From a virus (taxonomy: Duplodnaviria; Caudoviricetes), in the IMG/VR virus record IMGVR_UViG_3300029891_000006, positions 1-42,976 of that record: a stretch of 42,976 nt of DNA; one strand, 5' to 3'. The position numbers and the translations under genes are program-made. Below, piece after piece: positions 1 through 10,258 of the stretch; position 1 is the first letter of the stretch, and the number at the start of each line of letters is the position of its first letter. The notes below the pieces were generated by a model that searched no databases, was not told the DNA's origin, and saw nothing but the letters and a program-made list of their open reading frames with translations.

Positions 1-161
1 TTGAAAAATAATGAACAGTTTTACAAGATTAAAAATAATAATACAGGCGAAATTCAGACAATAGAATTTGGAGATATAAGAAAAAAGAAACAACCTCCTG
101 ATGTTAAGGCAAAACAAGCATTGCCAGAATTTTTCATTAAAGAAACTAATATGCCAACTGA
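1..161 (+). repeat. Part of a 360-bp intragenic tandem repeat unit; matches 42688-42848
   Basis: 1-127 is identical to 42688-42814. First mismatch is at 128 and a second at 156; the sequences diverge after ACTGAG. Confidence 0.95.
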
Positions 162-3100
162 GCAGAAAGCAAGATTGCTTGAAAAAGCAGGGTATAAAAA
201 ACAGGCTGACAAATTAAGAGTTAGTGATGCTAAAAATATTGTCGCATGGGTTTTGCGAAAGGGTGGTATTAATTTTAAAAATGAGCATTGGAAGGGCGAA
301 TTAAATAAACTCAAAGACGCCCTTAATCAGGGTAAGCGTATGGGATTTGGCAGTAAGATTATTAATCCCAAAGGCAAACATACACTTGACGAATTATCTC
401 TTATGGCACAATCAGAAGGATTTATTTCAGAGGCAAGTCCGCAGGCGTTGCTTGATGCTTTGCATGCAAAAAAACTTTCATTAAGTGAAATAGAGAAGGC
501 AGCAGAGACTTTTATTCCTAAAGCAGAATTAGATTTAACTAAAATTAAAAAAGGTGATAAGGTTTTTATTGACGGCGAGCAGGTTCTTCTTGAAGAAAAT
601 CAACCGATGCTTCATACTCTCCCTAATAAAATTCGTGGCGACACAAATAACTTTGAAAAACATCAGCAAGAAACCCTTACAGCAGATGCTATCCAAAAAG
701 ACCTTGACTTTTTTGAACAGCGGTTTGGTTTTCGCATTGAAGTTCAACAGAAAGGCAAAGTAGGGGCAAAAGAGCAGACACTCGCTCAAAAACAGGGCAG
801 AGGGGATGTTATGGCATCTTTTACCCCTAATGAAATGATAGGCATTATTAAATTATTTCCTTCTGCTGATGCTACAAGTTTTCCTCATGAGGCAGGACAT
901 GCTGCAATGGAAGTATTTAGGCGTGCTGCTAATTATGGTAGCAAGGAAGCACAACACATTATCAATCTCACTACGAAATACTATCCGGACAAAGAAGACT
1001 TTGCATCTGCAATGTCCAAGGCTTGGATAGAATATAACGGCGGTAAAAAGGCAAAGATACCTTTTAGCATCGGACGCATATTCAGGGAATTATTTAACTT
1101 CTTTACTCGTATAAAAAACAGCTTGCAAGGCATGGGTTTTCAAACAAAGGAAGATTTACAGCAGGACATACTTGAAGGCAAATATAAAGATATGATTAAA
1201 CAAACACCAAAGATAGAACGTATTGTATCAAGTTCTATAGGCACAGGACAATTTGTAAATTATAAAATTACTTTCCCTGATGGTCATCACGAAATTGTCT
1301 CAACGAAAAAAATGGCGGCTAAAGCTATTAGGAATTTTGAATTTCAGCTAATCAAATCTTTTAAAGGCAAGATACAAGAAGGACAGGCCAAACTTTACGC
1401 AGGCATACCGATAGATAAAAATTCTGTAACTAAACTTAGGGATACCCTTGTTAATAAATTTCCGAAACTTGAAAACCTATTAGGGTTACCTTCCGACATA
1501 ACGAAGAAAAGCAAAAAACCTATGGGGATAAATTCTACAAGGGGTTTTCTTATATTGCCTGAGACACTTGCAAAACGCTATGGCAAAATATACCCTGAAA
1601 TAAACAATATATACCAGTTTATGCGAACAAGATATTCACAGGCCAATAATGGAGTTTTTGAGATTGATAGGTTATGGAAAAAAATTAATAGCTTCGGGAA
1701 TATAGATATTCAAAAAGCAATAAATGTATATAAACTTTCAAGCAACGAAAATGCCTTATCTTCTAAATTCAATAGCCTTACGCCTACGCAAAAGAATATT
1801 TTTGGCATAATTGAAAGAAAGATGAAGGCTATACATGCCGACCATATTAATATCACAAAACAGGCTATTATTGACTATATAAATATTACTCCTACAATCA
1901 AAAATCCTGCTACAAAAGCACAATATGTAAAAGCAGTCATTAACATGAAGCCTTCATGGGTTGAGCATAAGACAATAAAGGGTTTTATTGAGCGATTACA
2001 GACTACTTCAGGCAAGGTAAAATATTATTCCCCTCAAGTGCGGGAAGGTAAATATATAGTCAGGATTAGCAACGAGAATAAAACACTGTTTGCGAAATCG
2101 TTTGATACAGAAACTGAAGCAATAAAATTTAAGCAGGAATTGAACAAGGGCAATTTTGAGGCAATAAATAACTGGTTTAAACAAGCAGACATAAAATTTT
2201 CAAAAGAACTTGTAGATAGCATAAAAAATGGCAACTATGAAATTGACCATACACCCTTAATTCAAACGCCGTTTGAGGCAGTGGAGGGGTTAGACCTCAG
2301 TGGAGCTTTAAACTTTATTGAAACCATGATTGCCGACAAAACAGACCACACAGCAGAAATTTATAAAGAAGTAGCCGAGAAATTGCTTGAGTTAAACCTT
2401 TCAAAGGGCTGGAGCAAGCATAAAATTCATAGGGAAAATATTCCTGGTTATGAATTAGAAAGCGATAAAGTACAAAAACAGTTAGAACGATATATGAAAG
2501 GATATGAATACTCAAAGGCCAAAGGCGAGGCTATGAAAAATACCGCAAAGGAGTGGAGTAAGTTAGTATCAAAAAATAGATACACACCGCCTGATTTAAT
2601 TATTCATATGAAAGATTATATTGATTATGTATTTGGAACTCCTGAAACACAAGCCTCCACAAAAACAGCGCATGGCATATCAACTTTTTATCTAATTGCT
2701 AATATGGCTTCGTCAGTTATCAATTCAACGCAAAATCTTACTATAGGGAATACTGTGCTTATTGAGCATGGCCTTCCTATTTGGAATCCATCTACAGTTG
2801 TTGATATACATTTAAAAAATCTATCGTTTTCAGAGAAAAAAGCATTAGTAAAACTGATGAAGTTAGGCTATGGCGAAATGGTATATGATGAGATGCTTGG
2901 CAGGTCAAGAGAATATAGTGAAGTTGTTAAGGATTTACTGCAAGATGTTAAAGGACTTAAAAAAATAAACCTTGGAAATATGGGGCATATTTTGGGCGAT
3001 GCAGTTAATGTAGGCATGATGTCATTTAAACATGTTGAAACATACATAAACAGATTGCCTATGTATCTACATACATACAGGGCTTTAATCAAGCGGGGAG

Positions 3101-4149
3101 AAACACAAAACAAGGCAATAGAAACAGCAACAGAAGTCATGCTTGAGGCTCATTTTGAAGCTATGAGGTTTAATAGGGCTAAATTTCAGCGGGGGAATTT
3201 CGGTAGGCCATTAACTGCCTTAATGACTTATAATGTTCACGCCATGAAAACACTCAACAGGTTATTTCATAATGCAGGCTTTAATAATAAAGATGCAATG
3301 CGTTCTACGGCTGCATTATCGTATGTGTTAGCTGCTCATATTGTTATAGGCGGCATGGCAGCCTTGCCACTCATAGGCATAGGTTCTGAGGGCTGGGAAT
3401 TATTAAAATGGCTATATAAGCAAAGCACCGGCGGGCGTAATTTAAACGCCGACATTAAAAGTATGCCTCCCGCTGTTTCTGATTTTGTTCAGGGAGGCAT
3501 ATTAAGGCTTGCAGGGCTGGGAGGGTTATCAAGTAGATTGAGCTTTGGCATGTCAGTAACAGACCCAACTAAAAATATTGTTGGCATAAATTTATTAAGA
3601 CGAACAAAAGAATCATATGATTTATTACAGGAAGGGCAGGATGATAGGGCATTAATGAGATTGCTGCCCGGTGGCTTGCGTTATATGGGTGAGGCATATT
3701 TGGGCGCTAAATACGGATTGACTTCAAAGACAGGCACGCCGTTAATGGACGAGGAAGGCGAGAAGATAATGCCAACAACAGAGGAGACTATTTTAAAAGG
3801 CTTTGGCGTGGATTCTAACAGAATAATAAACATTAAAGAAAATGTAGGGATGGTCAGGGAAACTGAAAGAGCAAGACAGTTGTCTTTAGCACAATTTAGA
3901 AATGCGATAATAAAAGCAAAAACAGATGATGAGAAAATCGCTATATGGGAACAGCTTGAGGATTATAATGATAAATTAGCTGAAAGATATTTTAAGGCTG
4001 AAGAATCAGATAACGAAGAAGAAATGGCAAGGATAGCGATTTTATATATTAACAAAAAAGACTTAATAGGCAGTATCAGAAGCAAAAGCGCTGGGGTTAT
4101 AGTATCCCGCAAAGGCAAGGCTTATTTAAGGGCATTAGCGGAAGAGTAA
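1..4149 (+). CDS. C-terminal part of a large polyvalent internal virion/ejection protein (zincin HExxH region, PLxRFG-like C-terminal region); continues the ORF starting at 40591
   Basis: The TTG at position 1 is an internal Leu: the same sequence occurs in frame at 42688. Motifs FPHEAGHAAME and YYSPQVREGKYIV. Last gene of the ejection-protein block. Confidence 0.75.
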   Translation: MKNNEQFYKIKNNNTGEIQTIEFGDIRKKKQPPDVKAKQALPEFFIKETNMPTEQKARLLEKAGYKKQADKLRVSDAKNIVAWVLRKGGINFKNEHWKGELNKLKDALNQGKRMGFGSKIINPKGKHTLDELSLMAQSEGFISEASPQALLDALHAKKLSLSEIEKAAETFIPKAELDLTKIKKGDKVFIDGEQVLLEENQPMLHTLPNKIRGDTNNFEKHQQETLTADAIQKDLDFFEQRFGFRIEVQQKGKVGAKEQTLAQKQGRGDVMASFTPNEMIGIIKLFPSADATSFPHEAGHAAMEVFRRAANYGSKEAQHIINLTTKYYPDKEDFASAMSKAWIEYNGGKKAKIPFSIGRIFRELFNFFTRIKNSLQGMGFQTKEDLQQDILEGKYKDMIKQTPKIERIVSSSIGTGQFVNYKITFPDGHHEIVSTKKMAAKAIRNFEFQLIKSFKGKIQEGQAKLYAGIPIDKNSVTKLRDTLVNKFPKLENLLGLPSDITKKSKKPMGINSTRGFLILPETLAKRYGKIYPEINNIYQFMRTRYSQANNGVFEIDRLWKKINSFGNIDIQKAINVYKLSSNENALSSKFNSLTPTQKNIFGIIERKMKAIHADHINITKQAIIDYINITPTIKNPATKAQYVKAVINMKPSWVEHKTIKGFIERLQTTSGKVKYYSPQVREGKYIVRISNENKTLFAKSFDTETEAIKFKQELNKGNFEAINNWFKQADIKFSKELVDSIKNGNYEIDHTPLIQTPFEAVEGLDLSGALNFIETMIADKTDHTAEIYKEVAEKLLELNLSKGWSKHKIHRENIPGYELESDKVQKQLERYMKGYEYSKAKGEAMKNTAKEWSKLVSKNRYTPPDLIIHMKDYIDYVFGTPETQASTKTAHGISTFYLIANMASSVINSTQNLTIGNTVLIEHGLPIWNPSTVVDIHLKNLSFSEKKALVKLMKLGYGEMVYDEMLGRSREYSEVVKDLLQDVKGLKKINLGNMGHILGDAVNVGMMSFKHVETYINRLPMYLHTYRALIKRGETQNKAIETATEVMLEAHFEAMRFNRAKFQRGNFGRPLTALMTYNVHAMKTLNRLFHNAGFNNKDAMRSTAALSYVLAAHIVIGGMAALPLIGIGSEGWELLKWLYKQSTGGRNLNADIKSMPPAVSDFVQGGILRLAGLGGLSSRLSFGMSVTDPTKNIVGINLLRRTKESYDLLQEGQDDRALMRLLPGGLRYMGEAYLGAKYGLTSKTGTPLMDEEGEKIMPTTEETILKGFGVDSNRIINIKENVGMVRETERARQLSLAQFRNAIIKAKTDDEKIAIWEQLEDYNDKLAERYFKAEESDNEEEMARIAILYINKKDLIGSIRSKSAGVIVSRKGKAYLRALAEE

Positions 4150-4157
4150 ATTGTCTC

Positions 4158-4185
4158 TTGACATATTTGAGAAATAGTATAAAAT
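4158..4185 (+). promoter_or_regulatory. sigma70-like promoter for the tail/decoration-lysis genes
   Basis: TTGACA-16 nt-TAAAAT; SD GGAGGA before the ATG at 4232. Confidence 0.55.
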
Positions 4186-4231
4186 ATGGACATAGGACAG
4201 CGTAAAATTTGACAATACGGAGGATTGCTTT

Positions 4232-4579
4232 ATGAGCTTTTTTGATTTTCAAATACCAAAGCTAACTACAATTCAAAGACTTGCTGTTATTCCAAGAGAT
4301 AATGACTTGATCTTTGATATTGATTCAGGACAGATGTTTGCAGGTGATGGGGCAACCTTTGGAGGTATAATTTTAGGTCAGGCAGGGATAAACTATACAC
4401 ATACTCAAGCTGCCCCTTCCGACACTTGGATAATTAATCATAATCTTGGGAAATATCCTTCTATCTCTGTCATGTCTGTTGGCGAGGTAGAGTTTGAAAG
4501 CGATATACATCATATAAACAAAAATCAGGCAAGAATATATTTGGCAATCCCTCAAGCAGGCATTGCACAATGTAACTAA
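4232..4579 (+). CDS. Small tail/virion-associated protein
   Basis: Good SD; YTHTQ..SDTWIINHNLGKYPS motif common in phage tail-associated proteins. Confidence 0.6.
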   Translation: MSFFDFQIPKLTTIQRLAVIPRDNDLIFDIDSGQMFAGDGATFGGIILGQAGINYTHTQAAPSDTWIINHNLGKYPSISVMSVGEVEFESDIHHINKNQARIYLAIPQAGIAQCN

Positions 4580-4594
4580 AAAGGAGGAAGTAAA

Positions 4595-5386
4595 ATGGCA
4601 AAGAAAGTTTTAGTTGATTTGGACTTTAATGGAGCAGCAAGGATAATTGGATTGCTGGATGGGGTGAATCCACAGGATGGGGCAACAGTAGCACAATTAC
4701 AGGCGGGTATTGAGGGACTTGCATGGAAAGATTCTGTTAGGGTATCCACCGTAGGGAATATTAATTTAGCTTCCCCTGGCGCTACTATTGACAGTATCAC
4801 TATGGCCACCAACGACAGGGTTTTGGTGAAAGAGCAAACAGCAGCCGCTGAAAATGGCATTTACATCTGGAATGGCGCAGCAGTAGCGATGACACGCTCA
4901 CTTGATGCAAACACGGCTGATGAGTTAGAACAGGCAGTTGTAACTGTTAAAGAAGGAACAAATGTAGGGTCAACTTTTAGACAGACAGTAGTTAATTTTA
5001 TATTAGAAACTGATACAGTTACTTTTACTAACTTTGGCACATCTGCCCCCGCAGCATCAGAAACTACTGCTGGCATCGCCGAGCTTGCTACACAGGCTGA
5101 AACCGATGCGGGCACTGATGATTTAAGAATTGTTACACCTTTAAAGTTGGCTACCTACTCAGGGGCGAAGAAAAAATACGCAATCAATATAGGTGATGGG
5201 GCAGCTACTCAATACACTGTAACGCATAATCTTAACATGGCAGATGTTATGATAATTGTTAAGAGGGTGGCAGCGCCATATGACCAAGTTATAACGGATA
5301 TTGAGCAGACATCTGTAAACACTTGTACAATCAGGTTTAATGCCGCGCCTACCAGTAATCAATTCAGAGTAGTAGTAATAGGTTAG
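4595..5386 (+). CDS. Tail fibre/virion structural protein
   Basis: SD AGGAGG; WKDSVRV..DRVLVKEQT..ENGIY region, ASETTAGIAELAT fibre repeat, C-terminal THNL domain. Confidence 0.7.
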   Translation: MAKKVLVDLDFNGAARIIGLLDGVNPQDGATVAQLQAGIEGLAWKDSVRVSTVGNINLASPGATIDSITMATNDRVLVKEQTAAAENGIYIWNGAAVAMTRSLDANTADELEQAVVTVKEGTNVGSTFRQTVVNFILETDTVTFTNFGTSAPAASETTAGIAELATQAETDAGTDDLRIVTPLKLATYSGAKKKYAINIGDGAATQYTVTHNLNMADVMIIVKRVAAPYDQVITDIEQTSVNTCTIRFNAAPTSNQFRVVVIG

Positions 5387-5431
5387 TGGTAGTAGGGTAG
5401 TTTTTAATTCTCAGAAAGGAGGCAGAGCTAT

Positions 5432-5992
5432 ATGAAACATCTTGGTCAAAAAAGTGATGGAAAAGACATTGTAACTCAAGACCAGCTACCTTTTGAGACA
5501 ACTACTACAATCGGGGCTTTAATTAATTCTGCCACGGAGAAGACCACGCCTGTTGATGCTGACATGGTTGGATTGATGGATAGTGCAGCAGCAAATATTT
5601 TGAAAAAACTATCATGGGCGAATATAAAGGCAACATTAATAGGCACTTTGCATACATGGACTGCAAGACAGGTGGGTGCGGTAACTGCTCTGACATCTAC
5701 GTCTGGCAGTATAGCAATCAATCTGGGGGTAACTAACAACTACTCACATACGATGACGGAGGATACAACTCTGGCTGCGCCCACTAATGCAGTGGCTGGA
5801 ACTACGGGACATATAGTATTTACTCAGGATGCCACTACTGCAAGGACATTAGCGTTTAACGCCGTATGGAAACCAGCTACAGGGCAGAATGCGGTTATAT
5901 CAACAACACTTGGCTCAAGTAATGTGATGACGTATATTGTTGAGAGCAGCACAGTTGTTACTTACGGTTGGGCTAATAAAGGTATAAGTTAA
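5432..5992 (+). CDS. Tail fibre/adaptor protein
   Basis: SD AGGAGG; Thr/Ala-rich beta domain (FTQDATTARTLAF); its stop codon directly abuts the next ATG in the same frame. Confidence 0.6.
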   Translation: MKHLGQKSDGKDIVTQDQLPFETTTTIGALINSATEKTTPVDADMVGLMDSAAANILKKLSWANIKATLIGTLHTWTARQVGAVTALTSTSGSIAINLGVTNNYSHTMTEDTTLAAPTNAVAGTTGHIVFTQDATTARTLAFNAVWKPATGQNAVISTTLGSSNVMTYIVESSTVVTYGWANKGIS

Positions 5993-6895
5993 ATGCCAAT
6001 ACTATTTAACGCCATGATGTTGAGCCTGTCTTCGCTTTCTGGCACTGACAGGGCTATTTTTGGATATGGAAAGACAAGCGCTTATGTCTCCATAACCAAT
6101 CTTGTTTCTAACAGTGGTGTTGTGTCAGCAGATACAACAGGCGTAGGAACTGCAAGAAGTCATCTTGCAGCTGCAGGGTATGGTGGAGACAAGGCTATTT
6201 TTGGTTATGGATATACAGGCAATAATGTCTCCATAACCAATCTTGTTTCTAACACAGGAGTAGTGGCTTCCGACACCACCGGTGTAGGAAGCCCAAGGAA
6301 CTCTCTTGCAGCTGCAGGGTATGGTGGAAATAAAGCTATTTTTGGTTATGGATATAACGAAGGTAGCCTGTCTACAACTAATCTTGTTTCTAACACAGGT
6401 GTTGTGGCTTCAGACACTACAGGTGTAGGAACTGCAAGACAATTCCTTGCAGCCGTAAGTTATGGTGGAGACAAAGCTATCTTTGGATATGGAAAGACAA
6501 GCGCTTATGTCTCCATAACTAATCTTGTTTCTAACAGTGGTGTTGTGTCAGCAGATACAACAGGTGTAGGAACTGCAAGAAGTCATCTTGCAGCTGCAGG
6601 GTATGGTGGAGACAAGGCTATTTTTGGTTATGGATATACAGGCAATAATGTTTCCATAACTAATCTTGTTTCTAACACCGGTGTGGTAGCTTCCGACACC
6701 ACCGGTGTAGGAAGCCCAAGGAACTCTCTTGCAGCTGCAGGTTATGGTGGAAATAAAGCTATTTTTGGATATGGATATGCAGACGCTAACCTCGCCATGA
6801 CCAATCTTGTTTCCAATACAGGCGTGGTGGCTTCAGATACAACAGGTGTAGGAACTGCAAGACAATTCCTTGCAGCCACAAGTTATGGCACATAA
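5993..6895 (+). CDS. Six-bladed Kelch-like beta-propeller A (putative receptor-binding/decoration protein)
   Basis: Six 47-aa repeats DKAIFGYG-var-SITNLVSNTGVVASDTTGVG-var-AAAGYGG. Confidence 0.75.
   Translation: MPILFNAMMLSLSSLSGTDRAIFGYGKTSAYVSITNLVSNSGVVSADTTGVGTARSHLAAAGYGGDKAIFGYGYTGNNVSITNLVSNTGVVASDTTGVGSPRNSLAAAGYGGNKAIFGYGYNEGSLSTTNLVSNTGVVASDTTGVGTARQFLAAVSYGGDKAIFGYGKTSAYVSITNLVSNSGVVSADTTGVGTARSHLAAAGYGGDKAIFGYGYTGNNVSITNLVSNTGVVASDTTGVGSPRNSLAAAGYGGNKAIFGYGYADANLAMTNLVSNTGVVASDTTGVGTARQFLAATSYGT
6047..6892 (+). repeat. 6 x 141-bp tandem repeat with (1-2-3)(4-5-6) higher-order duplication
   Basis: Blades 1=4 and 2=5 apart from an R/K at the start of blade 1; blades 3 and 6 share TARQFL. 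Confidence 0.95.
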
Positions 6896-6909
6896 AGGAG
6901 AATATAAAA

Positions 6910-7539
6910 ATGGCGACTAAGCTCAATTCAGAATTTAATTATCGTTATCAAGTAATGGGGGAAACAACATGGGAAAAAATTAAACACTTAAAGAATTTTC
7001 TTGAAGGTAGAAAGCGGGCAGCAGTGCTTGAAGAAGTTCAAAAGTTAAAGACTGCTGCGAAACTTTCCAAACTTAAACATCTAAAAGAACATCTTGGTCT
7101 TGAACATGAAATCCTTGAGCTTGAAGCTGAAATCATAGAGGCGCAATCCTTTGAAGCCGACCAGACAGAATGCTGGGAACTAAACAGGCAGGAGATAGTT
7201 ATACTTGAAAAACTGCTTGCAGAGCTTTATGAAATTGCTGAGCCACTGCGCATTAAGGGTTATACAGACGAGCAGATGTTTGAGGCTAATGCCGCTAATG
7301 AATTTACAGTAATGATAGGTAAGGAAATACTTGCTGAACTTATTGCCAATGGCAGACCTTCTGCCGCCAAAATACGCAATGCCATGTCTAATCCCGTTAC
7401 ATGGAACGCATTGATACAATGTGGGCTGATACCACAAGGCAATGAAACATTGATGTTTAGTAATGACCCTCAGCATATTAAACTGTCTTTGCCTGATGCG
7501 CCAAATATAGTTAAAAAGATAAAGGATGCCAAAAAATAA
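6910..7539 (+). CDS. Coiled-coil hypothetical protein next to the propeller gene
   Basis: SD AAGGAG; 209 aa, Glu/Lys/Leu-rich helical sequence. Confidence 0.6.
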   Translation: MATKLNSEFNYRYQVMGETTWEKIKHLKNFLEGRKRAAVLEEVQKLKTAAKLSKLKHLKEHLGLEHEILELEAEIIEAQSFEADQTECWELNRQEIVILEKLLAELYEIAEPLRIKGYTDEQMFEANAANEFTVMIGKEILAELIANGRPSAAKIRNAMSNPVTWNALIQCGLIPQGNETLMFSNDPQHIKLSLPDAPNIVKKIKDAKK

Positions 7540-7587
7540 TGGCATACCTGCAATTCGTTTCACATATTTCACAAAAAGGAGATTAAT

Positions 7588-7755
7588 ATGACAACATTAA
7601 CAATTATTAGTTTATTAGTTTGGTCGTTGGTCTGCATTGCAATAGGCATTCTTGTTGGCAGAACAAATCGCAAAAAGGCAGACAAGTTGGCTAAGCAGAT
7701 AAAGAAAGTACAGAACAAGATTAGGAAAAAAGTTAAGTGGCAAGTAGAAAAATAG
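7588..7755 (+). CDS. 55-aa single-TM protein with basic C-terminus (holin/antiholin candidate); not in the ORF track
   Basis: SD AAGGAG, then MTTLTIISLLVWSLVCIAIGILVGRTNRKKADK...EK*; overlaps the endolysin start. Confidence 0.6.
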   Translation: MTTLTIISLLVWSLVCIAIGILVGRTNRKKADKLAKQIKKVQNKIRKKVKWQVEK

Positions 7756-8093
7756 AAGACTGCATTCCTGAGTTACAAAAGAAGTATATTCTCTTTCGTG
7801 AACATATGACACGAGCAGGGCTTGATTTTATTATTACCTGTACAAAACGTTTTCAATCAGAACAAGAAGTCCTTTATGCTCAGGGCAGAACTACCCCAGG
7901 CAAGATTGTTACATGGACGCTTAACAGTAAGCATTTACAGGGTAGGGCTTTTGATATAGCTATGCTAAAAAACGGGAAGTTGACATGGGATGAAAAAGAT
8001 TATAAGTCCGCAGGAGAAATAGGCAGGGAAATAAACTTAAAATGGGGTGGAGACTTCAAGAAAAATAAAGACTATCCTCATTTTGAAATTTGA
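7737..8093 (+). CDS. Endolysin, peptidase M15 family (L-Ala-D-Glu peptidase-like)
   Basis: LYAQGRT..GKIVTW, SKHLQGRAFD, WGGDF..DYPHFE motifs. Confidence 0.9.
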   Translation: MASRKIEDCIPELQKKYILFREHMTRAGLDFIITCTKRFQSEQEVLYAQGRTTPGKIVTWTLNSKHLQGRAFDIAMLKNGKLTWDEKDYKSAGEIGREINLKWGGDFKKNKDYPHFEI

Positions 8094-8332
8094 AAATCAC
8101 AATACTTAAAGAAGGCAATGGTAAAAATTCTCTCAAAAGAAGTATAGCTTTTTTCGGCTTTCTATTTATGTCGTTTGCCTTCTGTCTTGCAGCTTATAAA
8201 GGCAGTATTAACGCCGCTATGTTTATTACATATCCTACAGGTATGTTAATACTTTATTTACCCAGTCTTGCGATTGCGATATTAAAAATATTCAAAAGCA
8301 ACTATATCAAGGGAGATACAACCAATGACTGA
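8090..8332 (+). CDS. Putative holin (2 TM helices)
   Basis: Two hydrophobic segments, located in the lysis cassette. Confidence 0.6.
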   Translation: MKITILKEGNGKNSLKRSIAFFGFLFMSFAFCLAAYKGSINAAMFITYPTGMLILYLPSLAIAILKIFKSNYIKGDTTND

Positions 8333-8597
8333 ACCCTGTAGATTTCAAGACGATATAGTAGAAATCAAACAGACGCAAAAAGAAATTCTTGTGATTATTT
8401 CAGACAATAAAGCAATTTTAAATGAGATTAAAAACCTACGTGAAGGTTTGAATGAATTTAAAATCACTAATGAAAAAATACATGACATTATATTCACAAA
8501 ACTCAGCACCAAATTTGAAACAACTAATGCCAAGTGGGGCATAGGCATATCGCTGACTGTGATAGGGCTTATCTTTGCTTATGTGCTAAACAAATGA
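8325..8597 (+). CDS. Coiled-coil protein with C-terminal TM helix (XhlA-like lysis accessory)
   Basis: Heptad pattern followed by WGIGISLTVIGLIFAYVL. Confidence 0.55.
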   Translation: MTEPCRFQDDIVEIKQTQKEILVIISDNKAILNEIKNLREGLNEFKITNEKIHDIIFTKLSTKFETTNAKWGIGISLTVIGLIFAYVLNK

Positions 8598-8630
8598 CTA
8601 CCGACAGATGCAAATAGACATAAAAGAAAT

Positions 8631-9014
8631 ATGCTTAATCTCAAAATAATAATAGCAGGGGCAATATTACTTATAGGCGTATCAATTGGCTATGGCATAA
8701 GCGATATGCTACATGTTAAAAGATTAAAAGCCGAACTCAAAGCAGAAAGGGCTGAAGTGGGCAGGTTATCGGCTTACTTAAATAGCACGATTGAAAGCAA
8801 TGCCAACAATACAAAGATATTTGAAGCTGAAAAACTCAGTTTCCAAAAAACTATTAAAGCCTGTGAAAACAGAGTAGCTATTAATAAAAAAGATTGTAAT
8901 GAATTAATAAGAATATTGAGTTTACAGGGAGGCAATCCTGATGAAAAACCTATGGTTGGCAGTAGTGGCGATGATATTATTAATCTTCGTAACATCCTGT
9001 GGAGGCAGCCGTGA
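8631..9014 (+). CDS. Inner-membrane spanin (Rz-like)
   Basis: N-terminal TM helix, periplasmic coiled coil, overlapped by a lipoprotein gene. Confidence 0.7.
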   Translation: MLNLKIIIAGAILLIGVSIGYGISDMLHVKRLKAELKAERAEVGRLSAYLNSTIESNANNTKIFEAEKLSFQKTIKACENRVAINKKDCNELIRILSLQGGNPDEKPMVGSSGDDIINLRNILWRQP

Positions 9015-9243
9015 GGTTATCAGAACTGTTATTGAATACAGACAGACTGAATGCCATGCACCTGACCCTCCTATTGAGCCAGTCTATTTCCCTATAGAGA
9101 TGAATTTTTACGATACCGAAGCAGGACGATTATATTGCGAGAATAGAGACAACGCTGTCAGAGAAGGGGCTAACATTAAAATGATACAAAATGCCTTTAG
9201 GGAATGCCAGCAGATATTGCTGGACATGAAGAAAGAGAAATGA
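8941..9243 (+). CDS. Outer-membrane spanin lipoprotein (Rz1-like)
   Basis: Signal peptide with lipobox VTS-C, Pro-rich segment, overlaps the Rz-like gene in another frame. Confidence 0.75.
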   Translation: MKNLWLAVVAMILLIFVTSCGGSREVIRTVIEYRQTECHAPDPPIEPVYFPIEMNFYDTEAGRLYCENRDNAVREGANIKMIQNAFRECQQILLDMKKEK

Positions 9244-9246
9244 CAC

Positions 9247-9876
9247 CTATGTTGATGTGTCCACTATTTCAAGGGGAAGATCAAATATATTGATAGCCAC
9301 AAAAGGAGACTCACAATATTTTTTTTTAGCAAAAATTTGGGTGATTTGGCTATCATCCTTATAGCAAATACCATTAAGAGCATCCTTAACTGCCTTAATG
9401 AGGTTGTCAAGGTCGGGTTTTTTGGTATGATAAATAACTTTTTTAGGTAATGTTTTGGGCATCGGTAACGCAAAATGCAATTTTATGCCCACAGCGCCAT
9501 CGTGCAGCATAGGTTTTTGTAAAATAACCTGCCTTTTTATTTCAGCTTTCCAGTTTTTGCTTTTTACAGGGTCATATACTCCGACAAAATTTCCCTTACG
9601 ATAAAATTTAGGTCTGCCTTGTGCCACAGGAACACCCCATATAAGAAAATACTGTCCTTTATTTGCGATTTGAGCCTGTTTTGGCTCAAAAGGGGACTGA
9701 GATACCTTTTCCACCTTATTACCCCGATTTGGGCTGTTTTCTTGAGGCTGGTGTGATTTTGGGGGCAAGGGATGCTCTCCCTGAGCAAACACCTTATTAC
9801 ATGTTTTGCACACCAGCTTAATGTCTGCGGTATGCCATTGACAGCCATTACATTTTTGCATTGGTTGGTTTGTCAT
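9247..9876 (-). CDS. rusA: RusA-family Holliday junction resolvase with N-terminal CxxC..CxxC extension
   Basis: GVPVAQGRP, KKPDLDNLIKAVKDALNG..YKDDSQI; ATG at 9876 chosen for its SD (AGGAG). Confidence 0.9.
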   Translation of the reverse strand: MTNQPMQKCNGCQWHTADIKLVCKTCNKVFAQGEHPLPPKSHQPQENSPNRGNKVEKVSQSPFEPKQAQIANKGQYFLIWGVPVAQGRPKFYRKGNFVGVYDPVKSKNWKAEIKRQVILQKPMLHDGAVGIKLHFALPMPKTLPKKVIYHTKKPDLDNLIKAVKDALNGICYKDDSQITQIFAKKKYCESPFVAINIFDLPLEIVDTST

Positions 9877-9930
9877 TGTGTTCACTCCTATCCCTCTAAA
9901 ATTAATGAGGTAAAAAAACAAAACTTGAGC

Positions 9931-10040
9931 AAATGTTCGACTTTTGTTTTCCTAAGATACTAAAAATAAAGAATAATTACTCAAGAGACTTGCAAGAGAC
10001 TTGCAAGAGACTTGGAAGAGACTTGGAAGTCTCTTGCAAG
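9931..10040 (+). repeat. Inverted partial copy of the initiator gene carrying 11-bp iterons (AGACTTG[C/G]AAG x4 plus TCTCTTGCAAG)
   Basis: 9946-9996 matches the reverse complement of 14133-14183 at 47/51 nt. Confidence 0.85.
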
Positions 10041-10258
10041 TATAACAAATTTTGTCATTCTTATTTCTTCTAAGGATTTTGGCACACCTCACCCTTTCTT
10101 TTCCCTCCCTATCCCCTAACCCTCAGGGGGACTTCAGAGAAAGAAAAGTGAACTTGAAGATTACTCCAACTCTCTGGAGCAACGAAACCTCGTTAAAAAC
10201 TTAAATGAAACTTTTTTTCCCACGGCACAAAAGAAACGATAACAAGGTGCCGTTGTAC

